Below are positions 58,872-64,000 of a DNA stretch of 64,000 bases, piece after piece. Below the pieces are notes generated by a model that searched no databases, had not been told where the DNA came from, and saw only the letters and a list, made by a program, of their open reading frames with translations. Both the position numbers and the translations under genes were made by a program. Every line of letters starts with the position of its first letter. The stretch's first letter is position 1. The DNA is from a virus (lineage: Duplodnaviria; Caudoviricetes): IMG/VR virus record IMGVR_UViG_3300042291_000844, positions 96,001 to 160,000 of that record, one strand, 5' to 3'.

Positions 58872-58946
58872 TACCCATAGTAGGACTCGAACCTACAATT
58901 GTGTGGTGTCTAAAGCCACTGCGTATTCCAATTCCGCCATACGGGT
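58872..58946 (-). tRNA. tRNA-Leu (TAG), lacking long variable arm
   Basis: Leu-type D arm (TGGCGGAATTGG), TAG anticodon, short variable loop, C31:A39 mismatch. Confidence 0.75.
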
Positions 58947-58955
58947 ATATTTCAG

Positions 58956-59041
58956 CAGAGAGTGAGGGGCTCGAACCCTCGCGGCTTTAACACCCTAACG
59001 ATTTAGCAAACCGTCCCCTTCACCAACTTGGGTAACTCTCT
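58956..59041 (-). tRNA. tRNA-Ser (GCT)
   Basis: Class II cloverleaf, G73. Confidence 0.95.
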
Positions 59042-59043
59042 AT

Positions 59044-59120
59044 TGGGGTGATTAATGGGATTCGAACCCATACTATCAGTACCACAAACTGACGTGCTGA
59101 CCATTAACACTATAAACACC
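59044..59120 (-). tRNA. tRNA-His (GTG)
   Basis: G-1, C73 and encoded CCA. Confidence 0.95.
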
Positions 59121-59125
59121 ATATG

Positions 59126-59195
59126 TTGCGTGTTTGAGGTTTGAACTCAATTGGTCATCCTTATGAGAGATAACTCTTTTCCACTAAGCCACGCA
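59126..59195 (-). tRNA. tRNA-Met (CAT), divergent
   Basis: CAT anticodon; weak D and anticodon stems; GAGTTCAAACCTC T arm. Confidence 0.7.
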
Positions 59196-59200
59196 ATGTG

Positions 59201-59272
59201 AGGCGGGTATTGGATTCGAACCAATGTTAAAGGTTTTGCAGACCTCCTCCTAACCACTCGAGACAACTCGCC
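59201..59272 (-). tRNA. tRNA-Cys (GCA)
   Basis: Cloverleaf, U73. Confidence 0.95.
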
Positions 59273-59337
59273 ATTATTTGTTGTTCACTTTTTTTGTTTG
59301 TTCACCGATAGTGAACACTCTAAATTTGTGAACATTG

Positions 59338-59410
59338 TAGTTCCATAAGGACTCGAACCCTAACTTTTTCATCCGTAGTGAAAGGTGCTATCCAATTACA
59401 CCATAGAACT
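59338..59410 (-). tRNA. tRNA-Arg (ACG)
   Basis: Cloverleaf. Confidence 0.9.
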
Positions 59411-59416
59411 ATTTTG

Positions 59417-59487
59417 CACCCCCTGAAAGATTCGAACTTTCATCTGCGGTTTTGGAGACCGATATGCTACCATTGCACCAAAGAGAT
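59417..59487 (-). tRNA. tRNA-Trp (CCA)
   Basis: Cloverleaf, G73. Confidence 0.9.
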
Positions 59488-59585
59488 AATTAATCAAGAA
59501 GATAGCCAGAAATTAGTGACGTCAAATCTCTTTAAGCTATATGAACTATCTTCTTGTTAGGATTGGTTAATTACTCCAATCTTCG

Positions 59586-59659
59586 TTGGTAATGCGGGAT
59601 TCGAACCTGCCACCTTCTCGGTATCAGCGAGATGCTCTAACCAAATGAGCTAATTACCA
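59586..59659 (-). tRNA. tRNA-Ile (GAT)
   Basis: Cloverleaf. Confidence 0.95.
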
Positions 59660-59721
59660 ATTTTCCTCACTTCTCCGGCTTATTGGACCGGATGCCATAT
59701 AGGGAGTGTGAGGAAACTCCG

Positions 59722-59797
59722 TAGGGTAAGCAGGATTCGAACCTGCGTGCTCTTCGTCCCAAACGAAGCGAGATAAACCGGACTCCTCTATTACCCT
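59722..59797 (-). tRNA. tRNA-Pro (TGG)
   Basis: Cloverleaf. Confidence 0.95.
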
Positions 59798-59803
59798 ATG
59801 TTG

Positions 59804-59877
59804 TGAACCCGAATGGACTCGAACCATTGACTCCCTCATTAAAAGTGAGGTGCTCTAACCAACTGAGCTACGGATTC
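59804..59877 (-). tRNA. tRNA-Lys (TTT)
   Basis: Cloverleaf. Confidence 0.95.
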
Positions 59878-59882
59878 AATTG

Positions 59883-59955
59883 TGGGACCTAATGGAATCG
59901 AACCATTTCCTTTGGATTTTCAGTCCAACGTACGCACCAGCTATACCAAAGCCCC
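59883..59955 (-). tRNA. tRNA-Phe (GAA)
   Basis: Cloverleaf. Confidence 0.95.
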
Positions 59956-59961
59956 TAATTG

Positions 59962-60043
59962 TGAGAGTAGAAGGACTCGAACCTCCGAACTCGAATGAGA
60001 ACTGATTTACAGTCAGTTGCAATTGCCGCTATGCGATACTCCC
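59962..60043 (-). tRNA. tRNA-Tyr (GTA)
   Basis: Class II cloverleaf. Confidence 0.95.
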
Positions 60044-60048
60044 AATTG

Positions 60049-60122
60049 TAGAAGATATAGGATTCGAACCTATGACCCTTTGGATGTAAACCAAATGCTC
60101 TAACCAACTGAGCTAATCTTCT
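60049..60122 (-). tRNA. tRNA-Val (TAC)
   Basis: Cloverleaf. Confidence 0.95.
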
Positions 60123-60127
60123 ATGTG

Positions 60128-60199
60128 TTACTCGAATAGGATTCGAACCTATACTACATCAGTCAAAGTGAGGTATGCTAACCATTACACCATCGAGCA
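60128..60199 (-). tRNA. tRNA-Gln (TTG)
   Basis: Cloverleaf, one anticodon-stem mismatch. Confidence 0.9.
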
Positions 60200-60206
60200 A
60201 TTTATG

Positions 60207-60278
60207 AGCGGATGATAGGAATCGAACCTACGTCTCCTACTTGGAAGGAAGGAGTAATAACCATTATACGACATCCGC
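60207..60278 (-). tRNA. tRNA-Gly (TCC)
   Basis: Cloverleaf, U73. Confidence 0.95.
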
Positions 60279-60296
60279 ATGTCAAAGAACCAATTG

Positions 60297-60368
60297 AGGG
60301 AAGGGAGAATTTCGAAATCTCGACCTGATGATTAACAGTCATCTGCTCTGCCTCTGAGCTACCATCCC
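60297..60368 (-). tRNA. tRNA-Asn (GTT)
   Basis: Cloverleaf. Confidence 0.9.
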
Positions 60369-60375
60369 ATAAACG

Positions 60376-60409
60376 AAAAAACCCTTAACTTTTTTATCAG
60401 TTAAGGGTT
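60376..60409 (-). terminator. intrinsic terminator immediately 5' of the tRNA array (candidate attenuator)
   Basis: AACCCTTAACT/AGTTAAGGGTT 11-bp stem then TTTTCGTTT; tRNA-Asn begins a few nt later. Confidence 0.75.
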
Positions 60410-60439
60410 CTTAAAATATTGTTATAAAATTTTTACATT

Positions 60440-60562
60440 CTATCCACGTTTTACATCCCTTAACTTACTTCTATCCTCAATCATATTGAAGACACGATTG
60501 CCACCCCAAGCACATTTCTGTGTCGGTAGATAACTAAGCGTATGTATTGTTAAAGTTGCCAT
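60440..60562 (-). CDS. 40-aa putative leader peptide MATLTIHTLSYLPTQKCAWGGNRVFNMIEDRSKLRDVKRG
   Basis: Translated by hand; TACTTATA motif 4 nt upstream; contains AAGTTAAGGG complementary to the terminator 5' arm. Confidence 0.65.
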   Translation of the reverse strand: MATLTIHTLSYLPTQKCAWGGNRVFNMIEDRSKLRDVKRG

Positions 60563-60621
60563 TGTGTATAAGTATATTAAAAACTAATTTATGTTTGTTT
60601 TTGTGTTAATAAAATAAAAAA

Positions 60622-60690
60622 AAGTAACTCATCTTCAATATGCACCATCCATGTCATGCACTGGTTGACAAAAGCCTCGATAAATTACTT
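60622..60690 (-). ncRNA. small closed RNA structure followed by T-tract
   Basis: 12-bp terminal helix AAGTAATTTATC/GATGAGTTACTT; internal TGCA/TGCA pairing. Confidence 0.45.
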
Positions 60691-60699
60691 AATATTTTT

Positions 60700-61585
60700 T
60701 AAAAAAAAATCTGGATGAGAATACTCCATCTTGTGAACCAGCTTTATAAGGGTTATTGGTTACCTTAATTTCCACTACCTTTTGAGTAGTACCGATTCAA
60801 TGTGGGTAAGTAATGCCTACCAATCATAAAGTTACAACCTACTCTCTTTTTACTCCGCCACTTCGAATCTGCCGACCCGATTCACACCTCGCGATGCTAG
60901 AAGTTTTTCGAAAGAATCACATTTACCTTGAGAGTATTTGTGGCAGTGAACGACTCACTACTATGTACACACCTTTCACTTGCAACTGGTAACCACTTTT
61001 TCTTTTATTTTTATTTGATTTTCACCATTGAAAGTAAAAGTTTTGGTTTGTAGAAGAATTCAAGTAGTGGATTACCACTAGCTCCGTTCCATTTTGAAGA
61101 ACGGAATACTATACTACTCGATACGATATCCCTATCGTCATATTTTAAGTCCACTTCATATCTAAACCTTTGGTAAGGTAAAGATAAGGATAATAACAAC
61201 ACCACTTGTACATCATCTTACCTTTCGATTTTAAGTAAACTTTCATATTGAATCACGCAATGATATGGAGAGATTAAGTCCGTACTTCTTGCAATAACTC
61301 TATGGATTATTCTTATTGGTGTCCCCACCTCAACTGAACTTCTACCTAGCCCAGTCATTAAACCATTTCACTACGGAGTTACCCTCACTAATCAGGTCTA
61401 ATGATATTCCACTTGCATACTCAAGCTCCATTCCTTTCGGTCTGAAACCGCAAATTAATTAACCAACTAATTCACTTTATCCTACTTTCGTAGTTTATTT
61501 AACCACCATATGCGGCGGGTATGTACTATGTACCACAAGGATACTATGTACAATATGTTTCGATAATTTAAAGAACTTTTTTTTG
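60700..61585 (-). ncRNA. large structured non-coding RNA, GOLLD-like candidate
   Basis: About 0.9 kb without a credible ORF, GC above genome background, many hairpins, own promoter (61592) and 3' hairpin plus T-tract, beside tRNAs. Confidence 0.55.
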
Positions 61586-61591
61586 TTAAGT

Positions 61592-61623
61592 CAAAGATAC
61601 GAAATCTTTTTCACTTTTCCAAA
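61592..61623 (-). promoter_or_regulatory. Bacteroidota housekeeping-sigma promoter
   Basis: TTTG-N20-TATCTTTG. Confidence 0.85.
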
Positions 61624-61697
61624 TTTATTTTAAACTTTTTTTTGTTATGTCTAATACCGAGTATCTTTCATCGCCTTTAAGTTTAGAACTAACTTTG

Positions 61698-61729
61698 TAA
61701 AGATACGAAAACATTTTCACATTTCCAAA
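61698..61729 (-). promoter_or_regulatory. Bacteroidota-type promoter (tandem copy)
   Basis: TTTG-N20-TATCTTTA; spacer nearly identical to the 62005 copy. Confidence 0.8.
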
Positions 61730-61801
61730 TCTTTTTTTAATTATTTTTTGTGATATTATATATAAGTATATAAAAATATACCAAACGTAAAATAATCATT
61801 G

Positions 61802-61873
61802 TAGCGGGTGAAGGATTCGAACCTCCGACCTATAGGTTATGAGCCTACCGAGCTACCACTGCTCTAACCCGCA
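61802..61873 (-). tRNA. initiator-type tRNA-fMet (CAT)
   Basis: 1:72 mismatch, TAGAGCAGTGGTAGCTCG D arm, CAT anticodon. Confidence 0.9.
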
Positions 61874-61896
61874 ATATAATTTTAAAGAACATAAAA

Positions 61897-61998
61897 CAAA
61901 GTAAGATAATGATATCCGGCGTTATAGTTTACCACTTATGGTTGGACTTCACACATTCGGTTTTATTAGATGTTGGCTTCAACCACTATCTTATTTTG
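61897..61998 (-). ncRNA. about 100-nt closed structured RNA at the transcription start
   Basis: 14 of 15 bp terminal helix CAAAATAAGATAGTG/CATTATCTTACTTTG; starts 7 nt after the -7 box. Confidence 0.45.
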
Positions 61999-62004
61999 TT
62001 AAGT

Positions 62005-62036
62005 CAAAGATACGAAAACATTTTCATATTTCCAAA
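62005..62036 (-). promoter_or_regulatory. Bacteroidota housekeeping-sigma promoter
   Basis: TTTG-N20-TATCTTTG. Confidence 0.85.
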
Positions 62037-62049
62037 TCTTTTTTAATAT

Positions 62050-62496
62050 TTATTTTACTTTGTAAGATAATCCCAATCCTAATGTAAAATCATCACCAAT
62101 TAAATTACCAATTCCCCATAAATTTATAACACTACTTGGTCTTAGTGGATTGTACATTATAAGAAAATTTGGTTTATTACCATTAAGTGTAGGTTGTAAT
62201 CCAAACCCAATAATCGCCTTATCCTCTTTTACTTGTCTAAGAACACCAAACTTCATATTATCAGATACATTTCCTGTTTTGGTATTAACTCCCGGAGGAA
62301 TTACAATTCCACCATTTTGTCCACCATATTCACCATACGGAAGTCCCGCATAAAATCCCCATCCTTTTTTCATAAATCCACCTGTAATATATCCATCAGA
62401 TGGTCCACCCTTGCGGGTAGCGGTTATAAACCACTCTTGCCCTTTTGCAGTAATACTTATTCCGAGTATTAAAGCCATCACTAATAATTTTTTCAT
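62050..62496 (-). CDS. secreted protein, possible small outer-membrane beta-barrel
   Basis: Signal peptide; alternating beta strands; C-terminal LGLGLSY. Confidence 0.6.
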   Translation of the reverse strand: MKKLLVMALILGISITAKGQEWFITATRKGGPSDGYITGGFMKKGWGFYAGLPYGEYGGQNGGIVIPPGVNTKTGNVSDNMKFGVLRQVKEDKAIIGFGLQPTLNGNKPNFLIMYNPLRPSSVINLWGIGNLIGDDFTLGLGLSYKVK

Positions 62497-62807
62497 AGTG
62501 CCTTTACGCTCTTTGTTTTTTCAAGAGAATCCTCTCTTGCCCATTTTTGTTTTAAAATATCTATTTTTTTAATTGTTAGGATTTTACCTTTAAGTGAGGC
62601 AATCTCCTTCGAAACCTTTTCGGTCCGAACCGTGCGTGCAGCGAAATCATCTTCGGTGATTTCAATCAATTCTTTTTTTCGATTAAGAACTGATATTTCC
62701 TTTTGGATTTTTTCTACCGCTTTACCATCATTAATCAATGAAGGGTCGATAGAATTACCAATACTATTAAAAAATAATAATATGGGTAAGGTAAGTTTTT
62801 CTAACAT
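62493..62807 (-). CDS. coiled-coil hypothetical protein
   Basis: 104 aa; TATTTATA at 62837-62844. Confidence 0.6.
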   Translation of the reverse strand: MLEKLTLPILLFFNSIGNSIDPSLINDGKAVEKIQKEISVLNRKKELIEITEDDFAARTVRTEKVSKEIASLKGKILTIKKIDILKQKWAREDSLEKTKSVKAL

Positions 62808-62890
62808 TTGTAATCAATAGTTAAAAGTGTAACACATATAAATACATTATTATATATTTTTAATTAAATATATAACAATAATTTATTAAG

Positions 62891-63266
62891 TGGTGGAGGT
62901 GGAGGGAGTCGAACCCTCGTCCAAATACGGATTTAATAAACTTCATTCACAAGCTTAGTTAGTTTTTCTTAACTAACAAAATATTCGGTTGGTTCTTCAC
63001 CATCGGCAACCGATAAACAATAGGTGATTCGATTTTGGGTTCAATCACTTTTCTACCTTTGTACACATTCTTTTTAAAGTCCCACGATGTGTGCGGGAGG
63101 GATTAGGCTGCTATAGCGTAATCAGCACCAACGAAAGACATTACATCTTCGAAGGTCATTGTAGATAATTCTACGTCGTTTATTGTTCGATAGGTATTTA
63201 CGGATTTCCATCTAACCCGGCTTGCAACTTACCAACTCATCGTACCTGTCAAAACCAGGCACCCCC
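62891..63266 (-). ncRNA. ssrA: tmRNA
   Basis: 5' GGGGGTGCCTGGTTTTGACAG; 3' GGGTTCGACTCCCTCCACCTCCACCA; G3:U; tag ORF ending YAIAA-stop at 63103. Confidence 0.95.
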
Positions 63267-63268
63267 AT

Positions 63269-63955
63269 TTATTTTTTATTCAAAGAACGTTTAATTAAAT
63301 TCTGAACCTTTTCATTTCTCAAATCAATATACAACATTATAGTTGCCCGATATTCATTTGAGTAATTATACACATTATGATAATGATATGAATTAAAATA
63401 ATATGCTTTACCTACTTCTAATCTTTTTCTAAATATATTCTTAAACCAATCGGGTCTATGAAATCTCTTCCACCATTTAAACTCTGCGGAATCTACTACA
63501 CAATATTCAAACTTTTCTGGTACTATAATTGGAATTTGAATTGTCAGTTCCCACTCCTCTTGCCCGTGTTCTAATACATGCGAGTGCCAAACTAAAGATT
63601 GTTTAGGTGCGATTCGCATCACCCTAGCTCTACTATCTAATTGGTTACCACTAATGTTTGCACATATCTCATACATATAAGGTACTATCGATTTCAATTC
63701 AGTTTTCTGAAAGTCGTATTGTTCCGTACCATCTTCGTACATATCTTTATACAAACTTCCATCGGAACTAATCAATGATATCCCACTCCATGCTTTACGA
63801 TACTTTCTTCGTACTTGCCAAAAGTTAGTTCTATAATCTTTGAATTTGTATTTGTTTTTTAACAACCCATATTCATCAATTAATTTATCTAAATCAATAT
63901 CAATGTCCAATTCTAAAAATGGAATACTTTTTAGTTGTTGTATAAGTTCATTCAT
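63269..63955 (-). CDS. Asp/Asn beta-hydroxylase-like 2OG-Fe(II) oxygenase (start moved to MNELIQQ)
   Basis: R.RVMRIAP...L.WH.H; Y.FNS..YH.V.N...E.R; the upstream ATG overlaps a tRNA. Confidence 0.75.
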   Translation of the reverse strand: MNELIQQLKSIPFLELDIDIDLDKLIDEYGLLKNKYKFKDYRTNFWQVRRKYRKAWSGISLISSDGSLYKDMYEDGTEQYDFQKTELKSIVPYMYEICANISGNQLDSRARVMRIAPKQSLVWHSHVLEHGQEEWELTIQIPIIVPEKFEYCVVDSAEFKWWKRFHRPDWFKNIFRKRLEVGKAYYFNSYHYHNVYNYSNEYRATIMLYIDLRNEKVQNLIKRSLNKK

Positions 63956-63967
63956 ATTAATTAATTG

Positions 63968-64000
63968 CTGTAAGAGATGGATTCGAACCACCACGATGCG
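63968..64000 (-). tRNA. 3' part of a tRNA (probably Ser, G73), truncated by window edge
   Basis: GGTGGTTCGAATCCATCTCTTACAG T arm and acceptor strand. Confidence 0.75.

Noticed and set aside
59282-59335. TGTTCAC/GTGAACA repeats between tRNA-Cys and tRNA-Arg
   Set aside because: Short nested hairpin in a tRNA spacer; not enough support for a separate function
57120-61205. ORFs 57120..57305, 57190..57381, 57886..58158, 59378..59560, 59654..59839 and 61011..61205
   Set aside because: They overlap tRNAs or the structured RNA region; sequence is explained by RNA structure
60700-61585. RNase P RNA or group I intron as identity of the large non-coding region
   Set aside because: No GAGGAAAGTCC-type P4 consensus, no interrupted host gene, and no clear P7 core recognised by eye
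2626-62820. All plus-strand ORFs in the track (for example 2626..2820, 17209..17589, 34034..34525, 45842..46174)
   Set aside because: Short antisense shadows of longer minus-strand genes with recognisable motifs; no motifs or promoters of their own
1-64000. Stop-codon reassignment as in some large Bacteroidota phages
   Set aside because: Long genes are intact in code 11; TAG and TGA end genes at coupled junctions; no suppressor tRNA seen
1-64000. CRISPR array, rRNA, integrase or transposase
   Set aside because: No regularly spaced repeats, rRNA signatures or recombinase motifs seen; recurring GGTTCGA repeats are tRNA T arms

Overview
This 64 kb window is a fragment of a large, AT-rich, T4-like myovirus genome, read in the standard genetic code, with essentially all genes on the minus strand. 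The host is very likely Bacteroidota: ten TTTG-N20-TAnnTTTG-type promoters, Bacteroidota-style lipoproteins and a tmRNA tag ending YAIAA all point that way. Layout: 1-20 kb is baseplate/tail structural genes with two cell-wall amidase-like proteins. 20-36 kb holds a gp55-like late sigma factor, carbamoyltransferase, radical SAM enzyme, peptide deformylase, ABC-ATPase/GNAT fusion, thyA, helicase, uvsE and iscA. 36.7-46.9 kb is a dense tailoring-enzyme cluster. 47-57 kb has hsp20, HD, NT5C, lipoproteins, HExxH proteins, phoH and an RNA-repair trio. 57-64 kb is an RNA island with 24 complete tRNAs covering all 20 amino acids, tmRNA and a ~0.9 kb structured non-coding region. Top candidates for undescribed biology: (1) a permuted ATP-grasp fused to a Hint domain that looks competent only for C-terminal cleavage and would release a 31-aa six-Cys peptide, inside a cluster of oxygenases, sulfotransferases, SGNH and radical SAM enzymes; (2) 12 of the 13 flanking cluster proteins of 100 aa or more end in an [LI][LI]-COOH tag; (3) a 40-codon leader ORF that uses all 20 amino acids in its first 30 codons and overlaps an antiterminator/terminator pair directly upstream of the tRNA array, a possible general sensor of tRNA depletion. 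All family calls come from motif recognition by eye; no searches were run, and tRNA ends may be off by 1-2 nt.
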